A stretch of DNA of 64,000 nt from Sedimentisphaerales bacterium (GCA_963663965.2 CAXXFK010000031.1:128001-192000); one strand, 5' to 3'. Positions 36,205-46,583 are shown, counted from the stretch's first letter. Numbers and translations are program-made. Notes: generated from the sequence alone by a model not told the origin.

Positions 36205-37745
36205 ATGCAGTTAAAGACCAAATTACGAATTCCTTATCAGTCATTCTGGAGGCAAAAAATATTGAGAAATCGTTTCCCGGTGTTCATGCTCTCAAGCATG
36301 TTGACTTTTGTGTTTATCGCGGCTGTCTGAATGCTTTGGTTGGCGAAAATGGAGCAGGCAAGTCGACGCTGATGAAAGTGCTTGCGGGCATTTATCAACC
36401 CGATTCAGGCAGTATCTTTCTGGATGGCAATCCAATCCAATTCAATGATTCGCGGCAGGCCCGGCAGCACGGCATCGCCGTCATTCATCAGGAGCTTAGC
36501 TTAATTCCATATTTAAGCATCGCTGAAAATATTTTTCTTGGATATGAATTCCGGAACCGGTTTGGATTGGTTGACTATAGTAAAATGCATCGTGAAGCAT
36601 CTCGTCTTCTGGAAATGCTGGATCTTCATATTAAACCCGACCGTCTTGTATCCTCCCTAAGCGTAGGACAGCAGCAGATTGTCGAAATCGCCCGATCCCT
36701 TTCAATGGATGCCAATATTATTATCATGGATGAGCCGACATCAGCGATCAGTGAGCATGAAATCGACATTCTTTTCGGATTGATTGAAAGTTTAAAACAT
36801 CAGGGCGTGTCATTTATTTATATTTCCCATAAGTTGGACGAATTGTTCAGAATTGGAGACACTATCACTGTCATGCGTGATGGTGAGGTGATCGGTAAAG
36901 ATTCGTTATCCAATTTGAATCATGATGCTGTTGTCCGCATGATGGTAGGCCGTGATTTAAAAGATCTTTATCAGCGAGAGGCATCCGTGACACACGAAGA
37001 GGCCCTTCGCGTGGAACAGATATGCCTGGATAATAGTCGTCACGAAGGGTGTTCAGTCAAGAATGTCAGTTTTCATGTGAACCGGGGTGAGGTTCTCGGC
37101 ATTTTTGGGCTAATGGGTGCCGGGCGAACGGAACTGCTGGAGGCAATTTTCGGTTGTCATCCGAAACGATCAAGCGGAGATATTTTTATTCAGCACGAAA
37201 AGCTGTGTTTGCAGTCCCCGAAAGATGCCATTAAGGCGGGGATTGTTCTGGCACCGGAGGACCGGAAAGAGCAGGGGCTTATCCTTGGTATGACTGTGGT
37301 GGAAAACACGACTTTGGCAAATCTGCAAAAAGTACAGCGATTTGGGTTTATCCAGACACAAGCTGAGGCACGAATGGCTGATATATATATCGAACGATTA
37401 AAAATAAAAACCCCGTCCGGAAAGCAGAAAGTAAAAAATCTCAGCGGAGGTAACCAGCAGAAGGTAATTTTAGGAAAATGGCTGGCCACACAGCCCCTGG
37501 TCCTGCTGCTGGATGAACCCACACGGGGAATTGATATCAACGCAAAAAGAGAAATTTACCGTCTCATTGATGAACTGACAGAGCAGGGTTTGGCTGTGGT
37601 GATGGTTTCATCTGAGTTACCTGAAATTCTCGGGCTCTCTGATCGTATATTGGTTATGTCTGAGGGACAAAAGACGGCCGAATTCTCGCGAGCCGAAGCC
37701 ACGGAAGAGGCCCTTTTAAATGCTGCACTGCCTAAAAGTGCATAA
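36201..37745 (+). CDS. Sugar ABC transporter ATP-binding protein (RbsA-like, two ABC domains)
   Basis: GENGAGKST, MDEPT, LSGGNQQK, LDEPTRGID. Confidence 0.95.
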   Translation: MNAVKDQITNSLSVILEAKNIEKSFPGVHALKHVDFCVYRGCLNALVGENGAGKSTLMKVLAGIYQPDSGSIFLDGNPIQFNDSRQARQHGIAVIHQELSLIPYLSIAENIFLGYEFRNRFGLVDYSKMHREASRLLEMLDLHIKPDRLVSSLSVGQQQIVEIARSLSMDANIIIMDEPTSAISEHEIDILFGLIESLKHQGVSFIYISHKLDELFRIGDTITVMRDGEVIGKDSLSNLNHDAVVRMMVGRDLKDLYQREASVTHEEALRVEQICLDNSRHEGCSVKNVSFHVNRGEVLGIFGLMGAGRTELLEAIFGCHPKRSSGDIFIQHEKLCLQSPKDAIKAGIVLAPEDRKEQGLILGMTVVENTTLANLQKVQRFGFIQTQAEARMADIYIERLKIKTPSGKQKVKNLSGGNQQKVILGKWLATQPLVLLLDEPTRGIDINAKREIYRLIDELTEQGLAVVMVSSELPEILGLSDRILVMSEGQKTAEFSRAEATEEALLNAALPKSA

Positions 37746-37758
37746 GTCGAAAGGTGAC

Positions 37759-38736
37759 ATGGAAAAAAGTACAGTAAAAACTATAATTTCTCGATTACAA
37801 TTGCCATTGGTTATTCTGATCATGGCAACAGTATTGAGCATACTCAGTCCTACATTTCTGAAACCGACGAATATTCAGAACATTCTTCAGCAGATATCAA
37901 TTAATCTATGTCTATCGATTGGAATGACCCTGGTGATTTTGACTGGAGGAATTGACCTTTCGGTTGGCTCGATACTGGCTTTCTCCGGAATTCTGATGGC
38001 GGGATTTCTCAAAAATGGTATCGAGATACCCGCTCTTAACATCGCAATTCAGTTCACTTTTTATGGAGCTGTACTGGCAGGATTGCTCACAGGACTTCTG
38101 TCAGGAGCCATTAACGGATTTGCAATTACTCGGTTTAAAATCCCTCCTTTTGTAGCAACATTAGGAATGCTGAGTATTGCCCGAGGGCTCACTAAACTAT
38201 GGACACGAGGCGAACCGATTACAAATTTAGGCCCCAGATTTGAGTACCTCGCTGCAAACTCGTTGTTCGGCATCAGTTTCATAGTATGGATTCCTGTGAT
38301 ACTTATTATTCTGTTTATTATTGTAACCCGCAGGACCTGTTTCGGCAGGCATTTATATGCTGTCGGAGGAAATGAACAGGCAGCAGCATTATCCGGCGTG
38401 CGTGTTGACCGGATTAAGCTATGGGCTTATGCACTGAGTGGTTTGCTGTCAGCTGTCGGCGCACTGCTTTTAACCGCGAGATTGAATGCAGCTACCGTTG
38501 TCGCGGGTGAAACATATGAACTGGAAGCGATTGCAGCCGTCGTCATCGGTGGGACTTCACTCTCGGGAGGGCGAGGTTCGATCTTTGGCACGGTATTGGG
38601 ATGCCTTGTGATTGGCATCCTTGCGAATGGTTTGGTGTTGATGGGTGTTCGTGAAGAATTGCAGTTAGTTGTCAAGGGCGGTGTTATTTTACTGGCTGTC
38701 GCTTTTGATAAATTACAAAATGAATATTCAACTTAG
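37759..38736 (+). CDS. Sugar ABC transporter permease (RbsC-like)
   Basis: TGGIDLSVGS, PPFVATLG, YAVGGNEQAA, IAAVVIGGTSLSGGRG. Confidence 0.95.
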   Translation: MEKSTVKTIISRLQLPLVILIMATVLSILSPTFLKPTNIQNILQQISINLCLSIGMTLVILTGGIDLSVGSILAFSGILMAGFLKNGIEIPALNIAIQFTFYGAVLAGLLTGLLSGAINGFAITRFKIPPFVATLGMLSIARGLTKLWTRGEPITNLGPRFEYLAANSLFGISFIVWIPVILIILFIIVTRRTCFGRHLYAVGGNEQAAALSGVRVDRIKLWAYALSGLLSAVGALLLTARLNAATVVAGETYELEAIAAVVIGGTSLSGGRGSIFGTVLGCLVIGILANGLVLMGVREELQLVVKGGVILLAVAFDKLQNEYST

Positions 38737-38754
38737 ACTTTATTAGGAGTTTAT

Positions 38755-40179
38755 ATGAGAATTATAAACAAGAAAATTATCTTTGGATTGATCATTGGAA
38801 CAAGGAACATCTTCAATGCCGAATTGGCATCAGCAGAACGTACCAAAATACTGACGCTGCTGGATAAGCTCGGATTCGGATATGTTATACCCGATGAACA
38901 TGCAACGCCTGCAGGAGCGATTGAAACTCGAACTGACGCGAAGATATGCGCGGAATTATTTAAGAAGAATCGAGATGCAATTGACGGAGTCATTGTTGTG
39001 TTGCCCAATTTTGGTGATGAACTCGGAATTGTAGCAACACTGGAAATGGCAAAACTCAATGTGCCGATACTGGTTCAGGCATGTAATGATGAGGTTGATA
39101 AGGTCGACATAACAAGTAGGCGCGATGCTTTCTGCGGTAAGATTTCTGTCTGCAACAACCTCTATCAGTATAATATTCCGTTTTCTGATACAACAGAGCA
39201 CACATGTGATATTAACAGCGATGTGTTTGAAAAAGACATTCGGCAGTTTGCTGCTGTTTGCCGTACTGCAAAAGGTCTTCGAAATGCAAGGATCGGTGCT
39301 TTCGGAACTCGCCCGGCTGCTTTCCAGACAGTACGATACAGTGAAAAAATTCTCCAAGCATCGGGGATTACAGTCGTTCCTGTAGACCTTTCTGAAATCA
39401 TAAACAGAGCCAGTTCTATGAATGTCGATGATGCAGCAGTACAGGATAAACTGGCACAAATCAAGGCTTACGGGAAAATACCAAAAGAAATTTTACCTGA
39501 AAGTGTACTGCGTCAAACTAAGCTGTCAGTCGTATTTGATGAGTTGATGGAAGAACACGAACTGGATGCCAGTGCGATTCAATGTTGGGATTCTATCGAG
39601 AATAACTATGGTTGTGCAACCTGCCTGTCCATGTCCATGATGGGTGAGCGTTTGATGCCCAGCGCCTGTGAAACAGACATAACCGGGGCTGTTTCAATGT
39701 ATGCTCTCCTGCTTGCAGGGGGCTTTTCTCCGGGACTTTTGGATTGGAACAACAATTTTGGAAAAGAACCAAATAAATGTGTTTGCACACACTGCAGCAA
39801 TTATCCTAAAAGCTTCATGGGAAATGAAGTCGAGATTTCAAAATTAGATGTTTTGGGGACTGTCATTGATCGAGAAAAATGTTTTGGAGCGATTAAAGGT
39901 AAGGTCGCTCCGGGTTCTATGACTTATTTCAGGGTATCTACAGACGATACAAACGGCAATATTAAGTCTTATTTGGGTCAGGGACAATTTACTGATGATG
40001 CATTTGGGATGGATGGTGGTATTGCAGTATGCCAGGTCAGTAATCTTAGAGCGCTGCTTGGCCATATCTGCGAAAACGGCTATGAACATCATGTAGCGAT
40101 GACCCGCTGTCACTGTGCGGATGTGATCTATGAAGCTGTGACGAAGTATCTGGGATGGAAGTTATATTATCACAAATAG
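38755..40179 (+). CDS. L-fucose/L-arabinose isomerase-family protein; candidate D-apiose isomerase
   Basis: LPNFGDE, RRDAFCGKISVCNNL, CETD metal motif, GYEHH; lies inside the transporter-transketolase-kinase operon. Confidence 0.8.
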   Translation: MRIINKKIIFGLIIGTRNIFNAELASAERTKILTLLDKLGFGYVIPDEHATPAGAIETRTDAKICAELFKKNRDAIDGVIVVLPNFGDELGIVATLEMAKLNVPILVQACNDEVDKVDITSRRDAFCGKISVCNNLYQYNIPFSDTTEHTCDINSDVFEKDIRQFAAVCRTAKGLRNARIGAFGTRPAAFQTVRYSEKILQASGITVVPVDLSEIINRASSMNVDDAAVQDKLAQIKAYGKIPKEILPESVLRQTKLSVVFDELMEEHELDASAIQCWDSIENNYGCATCLSMSMMGERLMPSACETDITGAVSMYALLLAGGFSPGLLDWNNNFGKEPNKCVCTHCSNYPKSFMGNEVEISKLDVLGTVIDREKCFGAIKGKVAPGSMTYFRVSTDDTNGNIKSYLGQGQFTDDAFGMDGGIAVCQVSNLRALLGHICENGYEHHVAMTRCHCADVIYEAVTKYLGWKLYYHK

Positions 40180-40192
40180 GAACATAAACACA

Positions 40193-41023
40193 ATGGTTGA
40201 CAATACACTGATCATAAAATCAATCCAGTATCGAATTCGTATATTGGAATATATTAAAAAAGCGAAGGCCGGTCATACCGGCGGAAGTTTATCCTGTGTG
40301 GACATCTTAAATGTTCTGTATAATCGGGTATTGAATGTTTCTCCTGAAACTGTAAACGACCCGCAGCGAGACCGTTATGTCCAGAGTAAGGGGCATTCGG
40401 TTGAGGCATTATATGTCGTTTTGGCAGACAGAGGATTTTTCCCGGAATCAGACCTGGAAACACTGTGTAAGTTCAAATCGCCTTATGTTGGACATCCTAC
40501 ACGTAAAATTAATGGAATCGAACAAAATACGGGCGCTTTGGGACATGGCCTGGCATTCAGTACGGGAGTTGCCTTAAGCGGTAAAATGGATGGGCTGAGC
40601 TTTCGCGTTTTCACATTGCTGGGCGATGGTGAATTGGCAGAGGGTTCTAATTGGGAATCGATGATGACTGCAGCACATTATCGTCTGGATAATTTAACTG
40701 CTGTCATTGACCGTAATCAACTGCAGATAACCGGTCACACTGAGGATGTCTGTGCATTGGAAAACCTGCGTGACAAGTTCACTGCTTTCGGATGGTCTGT
40801 AAGACATGTTGACGGGCACGATACAAGCGCTCTTAGAGATATTTTATGTACAGTACCATTTGAATCAGGCAAGCCCACTATGATTATCGCCAATACCGTC
40901 AAGGGCAAAGGAGTGAGTTTTATGGAGCATGCTGTTAAATGGCATCACGGCGTACCCGACGACCAGCAATATGAATTGGCTATTACAGAACTCAAGTCGC
41001 GACTGCGGGAGGTGAGCGTATGA
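40193..41023 (+). CDS. aptA: Split transketolase, N-terminal (TPP-binding) subunit; probable apulose-4-phosphate transketolase A
   Basis: GHTGGSLS, SKGH, TGALGHG, GDGELAEGSNWE. The transketolase call is firm; apulose specificity is inferred from context. Confidence 0.72.
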   Translation: MVDNTLIIKSIQYRIRILEYIKKAKAGHTGGSLSCVDILNVLYNRVLNVSPETVNDPQRDRYVQSKGHSVEALYVVLADRGFFPESDLETLCKFKSPYVGHPTRKINGIEQNTGALGHGLAFSTGVALSGKMDGLSFRVFTLLGDGELAEGSNWESMMTAAHYRLDNLTAVIDRNQLQITGHTEDVCALENLRDKFTAFGWSVRHVDGHDTSALRDILCTVPFESGKPTMIIANTVKGKGVSFMEHAVKWHHGVPDDQQYELAITELKSRLREVSV

Positions 41024-41970
41024 GTATGAATGCAACTGAAAGCTGTAAAGCAAATTTGGAAGTGTTTGCTGAGACACTGCTGGGTATTGCCCGAACGAAT
41101 AAGGATGTATTGGTGGTTACGAGCGATTCACGCGGTTCAGGGAAATTGAAACCTTACGCCGAAGCATTACCGGATCAAATCATTGAAGTTGGTATTGCCG
41201 AGCAAAATCTTGTTGGCGTAGCCTCCGGATTAGCATCTGCCGGCAAGATTGTCTATGCAGTATCACCGGGCAGTTTTCTGACAACACGGTCCCTGGAGCA
41301 GATTAAAAATGATGTATGTTATTCAGATCAACCCGTTAAATTAATTGGCATCAGTTCCGGCGTCAGTTATGGTGCGTTGGGTTCTACGCACCATTCACTG
41401 CATGATTTGGCAGCTATTCGTGCAATTCACAATTGTACCATTATTGTCCCGGCGGATAACTTTGAAACAGCAGAAGCGATCAAAGCGGTAGCAGACATGC
41501 CTCATCCGGTCTTTATTCGTTTTGGTAAGAGAGTTCTGCCTCATCTCCACAAGCCTGGCACCTCATTCATGGTTGGTAAATCCCTGCTTGTTCGCCCAGG
41601 TGATGATGTCGCATTTATTGCCACAGGTGAATCCGTTGTGCAGGCGGCATTGGCCTCTGAAGCATTGGAGCATAAAGGTATTAACGCACGCGTGGTCAGT
41701 ATGCACACCATTAAGCCTTTGGACGAAGAGGTTGTATTAAAAGCAGCCAAAGAATGTCGAGCTGTCATTACGGTCGAGGAACATAGCTGTTACGGCGGCC
41801 TTGGAGAAGCGTGTGCATCGCTACTGATGCAGGCGGGGATATCAGTGCCTTTTAAAATCGTGGGCTTTCCCGACGAGGATACGATCACGGGAAGTCAATT
41901 GGACATCATGGGGTATTACGGCATCTCGCAAGAAGGCCTTATCCAAACTGCAAAATCTATGTTGAAATAG
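41020..41970 (+). CDS. aptB: Split transketolase, C-terminal subunit; probable apulose-4-phosphate transketolase B
   Basis: VTSDSRGSG, GIAEQN, YGALGSTHHS, TVEEH. Confidence 0.72.
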   Translation: MSMNATESCKANLEVFAETLLGIARTNKDVLVVTSDSRGSGKLKPYAEALPDQIIEVGIAEQNLVGVASGLASAGKIVYAVSPGSFLTTRSLEQIKNDVCYSDQPVKLIGISSGVSYGALGSTHHSLHDLAAIRAIHNCTIIVPADNFETAEAIKAVADMPHPVFIRFGKRVLPHLHKPGTSFMVGKSLLVRPGDDVAFIATGESVVQAALASEALEHKGINARVVSMHTIKPLDEEVVLKAAKECRAVITVEEHSCYGGLGEACASLLMQAGISVPFKIVGFPDEDTITGSQLDIMGYYGISQEGLIQTAKSMLK

Positions 41971-41973
41971 GAA

Positions 41974-43473
41974 ATGTTCGTGAAAAAATATATTCTTGCT
42001 ATTGATCAGGGGACAAGTTCAACAAAGGCCGTAATATTTGACACTGAAGGCCGAATCGTTGCCAAAGGCACTGAGCCGCTGGCTTCATATTATCCGCAAC
42101 CTGGTTTTGTCGAACAGGATCCTTTGGAATTATATCAAAATGTATTGTCGGCGATAGAATCCTGCTTGGACATGTTTCGCGCCGAGATATCTGAGGATCT
42201 GAGTCAAATAGCTACATGCGGTATAAGCAATCAACGGGAAACCTTCTGTTTGTGGAACGCAGATGGAGCCCCGATACATCCTGCTATCGTCTGGCAATGC
42301 AAGCGATCAGTAGATATCTGCAAAAGCCTGAAAGACTCTTCGTTGGAACAGGAAATAAATAAGCGTACCGGATTAATTGCTGACCCCTATTTTTCTGCAA
42401 GCAAGTTAATCTGGCTCTGTGAAAACGACAGCAAAATCAAATCTGCCGTAATCGCAGGAGATGTATTTTTTGGAACAGTAGACACCTGGCTGCTTTATAA
42501 GTTTACAAACGGTCAGCGCTATTATACCGATTATACCAATGCTTCACGCACACTATTCTTCAATATTGATAATCTGGAGTGGGACAATTATCTTTTGGAA
42601 CATTTTGGACTATCAGGATTGAAACTCCCCCAGGTCAGACCATCCTCATTTGATTTTGGTACAACTGATTTTGATGGTTTATTGTCTTTGTCAATTAGTA
42701 TAAACGCAATGATCGGAGATTCGCATGCTGCAGCTTTTGGCGAGGGATGTTTTTCTCCGGGAACAGCCAAGGCAACATTGGGAACCGGGTGCTCAATTTT
42801 ATTAAATACAGGGAGCAAACGAGTCGAATCGACCAATGAAATGATGACTACGATCTGCTGGAGTATGGGAAATCGTGTGGATTATGCAATTGAAGGGATT
42901 ATTGTAACCTGCGGTGCAACCATCGTTTGGCTGAAAGATAACTTAGGACTGCTGAGTCGAAGCGAAGACAGTGAGAAAATGGCTCTATCGGTTCAAGATA
43001 CAAACGGGGTGTATTTAATCCCCGCTTTTAATGGTCTCGGAGCCCCTCATTGGAAAATGGATGCAAGAGCCGTGATCTCAGGATTAACGCTGGGGTGCAA
43101 TCGCAACCATATTGTACGGGCTGCATTGGAGTCGATACCGTATCAGATTATGGATGTGATTACTGCAATGGAGACATCCAGTAATATCCCTTTAGAGCAA
43201 TTACGAATCGACGGAGGCATTAGTCAAAATAAATTTCTTATGCAGTATCTTAGTGATTTGCTCCAAAAGGAAATCACCAATATCGGGATGCAGGATGTCT
43301 CAGCGTTTGGTGCGGCGTGCCTGGCAGGATTACAGAAGGGTGTGTATCGGGACATAGAACAGCTTCCGAATAATGTCCTGAATGAGATCAAATATATTCC
43401 CTCCAATGATAAAACGGTCAGTGTAATAAAAAAGAATTATCAAGGATGGCTGAAAGAAATAACAAAACTATGA
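41974..43473 (+). CDS. aplK: FGGY (glycerol-kinase-like) sugar kinase; probable D-apulose kinase
   Basis: AIDQGTSS, ISNQRE, WQCKRS, TDYTNASRT, IGDSHAA, IDGG. It has DSH where GlpK has DQQ. Confidence 0.68.
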   Translation: MFVKKYILAIDQGTSSTKAVIFDTEGRIVAKGTEPLASYYPQPGFVEQDPLELYQNVLSAIESCLDMFRAEISEDLSQIATCGISNQRETFCLWNADGAPIHPAIVWQCKRSVDICKSLKDSSLEQEINKRTGLIADPYFSASKLIWLCENDSKIKSAVIAGDVFFGTVDTWLLYKFTNGQRYYTDYTNASRTLFFNIDNLEWDNYLLEHFGLSGLKLPQVRPSSFDFGTTDFDGLLSLSISINAMIGDSHAAAFGEGCFSPGTAKATLGTGCSILLNTGSKRVESTNEMMTTICWSMGNRVDYAIEGIIVTCGATIVWLKDNLGLLSRSEDSEKMALSVQDTNGVYLIPAFNGLGAPHWKMDARAVISGLTLGCNRNHIVRAALESIPYQIMDVITAMETSSNIPLEQLRIDGGISQNKFLMQYLSDLLQKEITNIGMQDVSAFGAACLAGLQKGVYRDIEQLPNNVLNEIKYIPSNDKTVSVIKKNYQGWLKEITKL

Positions 43474-43552
43474 TAGTGCTATCAATCTGGATATGTTTGG
43501 CAGTACTCTTTTTCCAGTACATTAGAAACCCAAAAAGAATGGTGTAAGAAAG

Positions 43553-43896
43553 ATGAAAAAGACAACATTACGAAATATGTCCTCGATAAACAAAAACGAC
43601 TCAAATCAAGGGCTGATTTTCAGTTCACTTTTTGTTGTTTGTATTTTGGTGAGTATCTCCCAAGTTTATGCTGTATAACAGGCGGACAGAACACATTTTC
43701 GTTGGTAGTGGACGGTCAGTCCGCTCCGCTTTGTGTCAGCTCAGAGGATTTTTCGGCCGTGCTAAAAGTTGCCGGGCATTTGCAAACAGACATTCAACAA
43801 GTCACGGGTGTAAAACCAAAAATTCTCACCGATGAAACTGCTGGAAAAACTGCCGTCATTAACGGCACAATCGCCAAAAGTCCGATGATTGATAAG
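43553..43896 (+). pseudogene. N-terminal remnant of a secreted GH115/GH67-like glycoside hydrolase
   Basis: Signal-peptide-like start, then frameshifted FSLVVDGQSAPLCVSSEDFSAVLKVAGHLQTDIQQVTGVKP...GTIAKSPMID, abruptly joined to IS21 sequence. Confidence 0.55.
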
Positions 43897-44457
43897 TGTA
43901 CCAGCAAAGAGGTCTTTATGCCGCTGAATCATCCGCCGGGCGAAGCTCAGGTCGACTATTTTCAGGCCCTGGCCAATATGGATGGTGTTTTGCAGAAGAC
44001 ATGCTGTTTTGTGATGAGTTTACCCTATTCGGACATGTTTTTTGTCCGGGCTTATCCTCGTGAATGTACGGAATCCTTCTGGGACGGCCATGTACAGGCG
44101 TTCAAGTTTTTTGGAGGCGTTCCCAGTCGGATCAGTTATGACAATTCCCGGATCGCGATCCAGCAGATCACTGGCTGTCACAAACGGGTTTTAACCGATG
44201 GTTTTTTACGATTACAAAGTCATTATCTGTTTGTGCCTCATTTTTGTGCTGTTCGCCGTGCCAACGAAAAAGGGGTGGTCGAGAATATCGTTCGATACGC
44301 CCGCTGCAACTTTATGGTTCCGGTTCCCCAGGTCCGCAGTTTTGATCATCTCAACGAATGGCTCTGGGAATCCTGTTACAGTGAGCAATACCGGCAATTG
44401 CGTGGCAAGGCCAAAACCAAGCTGGAACTCTGGCTGGAAGAGGATCAGGGATTTTTA
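43897..44457 (+). mobile_element. Internal fragment of an IS21 IstA transposase
   Basis: EVFMPLNHPPGEAQVDY, FFGGVP, YDN, NEKGVVEN; both ends missing. Confidence 0.85.
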
Positions 44458-44465
44458 GAATTTAA

Positions 44466-46009
44466 GTAACATTTTAGCCAACTGAAGCAAATTTTCTAAA
44501 ATTGTCAAGAAAACGCTTGCGCCCGTGTTTGTTTTGTGTATGCTTAACAAGCATGAGCATGCATAGTAAAGCCCAACAGATTCTGGCCAACCTGAACGGA
44601 CCGATGACGGCCGAGCAGGCGCGGGCGATATTTGCCTTGGGAGAAGAGGCGGTGGTGTTTGCTTTGCTGAAATTGTCGTCCCTTCAGACCGTTTCGCCCG
44701 CTTCCACTACGGGGGCGTTGGGGCCTCACGATCCCTCGTGCCCTTCGGGACAGAAACCGCCGTTTGTCAAAGACAATCTCTCGGACAAGCGGCGTAAGAA
44801 ACTCAAGGGACGCAAAGCGGGTCATCCCGGCGTTCGCCGACCGGCTCCTGACCGGGTCGACCGGACCGAAGCGCATCGGGCCGACTGTTGTCCGGATTGC
44901 GGCGGCCACCTGAAGCGCTGTGCCGAGACCCGCGAACGACTGATCGAAGACCTGCCCGCCTCGACCCGCATTGAAGTCGTTCGCCATATCATTCATCGCG
45001 ACTGGTGTTCCAACTGCCGCAAGATGGTTGAACCGGTGATTGACGCCGCTCTGCCACGCGCCACCGTTGGCAATGGGATGCTGGTGTTGTGCGCCTGGCT
45101 GCATTTTGCCCTGGGCAACACGATTTCGCAGATTCTGGCGGTGTTCAATTACCATTTGCAATTTAAAATGTCCGGCGGCGGCCTGGTGCAGATGTGGCAC
45201 CGGCTGGCGACCATTCTGGAAGCCTGGTACGATGAAATTCTGGCTGACATTCAGAAGGTCGGCGCCTTGTTTGCCGACGAGACGGGCTGGCGGATGGATG
45301 GCAAAACCCATTGGCTCTGGTGCTTTACCAGCGCGACGGCCACCATCTTTACTATCGAGCAATCGCGGGCCGGGCCGGTGGTGCTGGCGTTTATTAAAGA
45401 ATGGTTCGACGGCGTGTTGGTGAGCGACTTCTGGTACGCTTACCATGTGCTGGATTGCGCCAAACAAAAATGCCTGGTGCACCTGTTGCGCGAGTTGGAG
45501 CGGGTCAAAAAATATAAGAACTGCGACAGCGACTGGCCCCGGTTTGGCAAATCGCTCAAGCGGTTGCTGCGCGATGCCATCCGTCTGAGCAAGCGGCAGG
45601 CGGACCTGGAACCGGCCATCTACCAGCGGCGTTGCGCCCTCATCGAAAAACGACTGCAAGCGATTCTGGATCATGCCTGGTCCCATCCCGATGCCAAGCG
45701 GCTGATAAAACGGCTCAAACGTCATCAAGCCGAACTGTTTACCTTTTTGTATCATCCGGAAGTGCCCTTCGACAATAACTTCGGCGAACGCAGTATCCGT
45801 GGCGCAGTGATCATGCGCAAAAACAGCTACAACAACCGCAGCCCGCGGGGCGCCCGCATCCAATCCATCCTGATGAGCGTGTTCTACACCCTCAAACAGC
45901 GTGGTCTCAACCCGGTCGCCGCTGTCAAAAAAGCACTGCAAATCTATCTCCAAACGGGTAAATTACCTACTTTAGCCCAATTACCTGCTTCACTTGGCTA
46001 AAATCTTAC
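44466..46009 (+). mobile_element. Complete single-ORF IS66-family element (ISBst12-like, 1544 bp)
   Basis: IRL gtaacattttagccaactgaagca; IRR reverse complement gtaagattttagccaagtgaagca (22 of 24 match); 8-bp target duplication GAATTTAA at 44458-44465 and 46010-46017. Confidence 0.93.
44553..46001 (+). CDS. IS66 transposase
   Basis: CPDCGG...CSNC zinc finger; ADETGW, VSDF, QKCLVHLLR, DNNFGERSIR. Confidence 0.93.
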   Translation: MSMHSKAQQILANLNGPMTAEQARAIFALGEEAVVFALLKLSSLQTVSPASTTGALGPHDPSCPSGQKPPFVKDNLSDKRRKKLKGRKAGHPGVRRPAPDRVDRTEAHRADCCPDCGGHLKRCAETRERLIEDLPASTRIEVVRHIIHRDWCSNCRKMVEPVIDAALPRATVGNGMLVLCAWLHFALGNTISQILAVFNYHLQFKMSGGGLVQMWHRLATILEAWYDEILADIQKVGALFADETGWRMDGKTHWLWCFTSATATIFTIEQSRAGPVVLAFIKEWFDGVLVSDFWYAYHVLDCAKQKCLVHLLRELERVKKYKNCDSDWPRFGKSLKRLLRDAIRLSKRQADLEPAIYQRRCALIEKRLQAILDHAWSHPDAKRLIKRLKRHQAELFTFLYHPEVPFDNNFGERSIRGAVIMRKNSYNNRSPRGARIQSILMSVFYTLKQRGLNPVAAVKKALQIYLQTGKLPTLAQLPASLG

Positions 46010-46298
46010 GAATTTAACCATTTTTCAAACAAATCCAACAAGAAATAGCAATAAAAGCATCAACCAGACACCAAAGTCCTGAAGGATTGTTTGAGCCAAT
46101 GCCCCTGTTGGGTATTCATCCCGGAAGGGAACCGGATTCACAGATGGGGCCACGGTAAAGACTATCACCATGTGAGTCCATCAAACACCTTGACAAAAAT
46201 GTTGACGAATTTCTTTCTGCAAATGAAGCATCCCATAGATCGCCGCCCTTGCGAAATATCCGCCAATCACGGCTTGAGCAAATTTGGAATCCTGGCAA

Positions 46299-46583
46299 CT
46301 ATCCTGTCGCTGATTTGACAAGGATATTTATTGATGCTTTGATACTCTCGGGTAATTCAGACCATTTACTGATAAGCTACTTTAAATCATCCGGTAAATT
46401 CTTGTGCACACATTTAGCACACTTTTGATGCAAAAATGTGTCCGAAGAGTGTTCTGGAACTGTAAGGAATTGTTCAGAATCGACGTTTTTCGATTTTTCG
46501 TAAGTGTTAGTATTTGCAAGGGGTTGTGAGCTTTCTGTTGTGCTTTTGTCATCGCTCTGTAATAAAACGTCAAAAGTATCCAA
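46299..46583 (-). other. Small att-linked ORF, copy 1 (one internal TAG)
   Basis: ...HQKCAKCVHKNLPDDLK*LISKWSELPESIKASINILVKSATG*; homologous to 48995-49200; overlaps arm site B. Confidence 0.5.
46404..46424 (+). repeat. Putative integrase arm-type site, type B (right end of island)
   Basis: gtgcacacatttagcacactt, matching 23464-23484. Confidence 0.65.

Noticed and set aside
34586..43473. Plain ribose transporter with glycerol kinase (rbsBAC, glpK)
   Set aside because: No ribokinase, RbsD or glycerol-3-P dehydrogenase; DUF2291, the isomerase and the split transketolase point to another sugar.
43639..44469. 276-aa ORF as a novel hydrolase-transposase fusion
   Set aside because: Accidental in-frame join of a GH115-like remnant and an IS21 fragment; its stop codon falls inside the IS66 left end.
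44544..45953. 469-aa minus-strand ORF
   Set aside because: Antisense shadow of the IS66 transposase; no motifs.
46377..46379. Stop-codon readthrough or recoding at the TAG in the small ORF
   Set aside because: Single case, no recoding machinery seen, and TAG ends other genes here; a point mutation or sequencing error is more likely.
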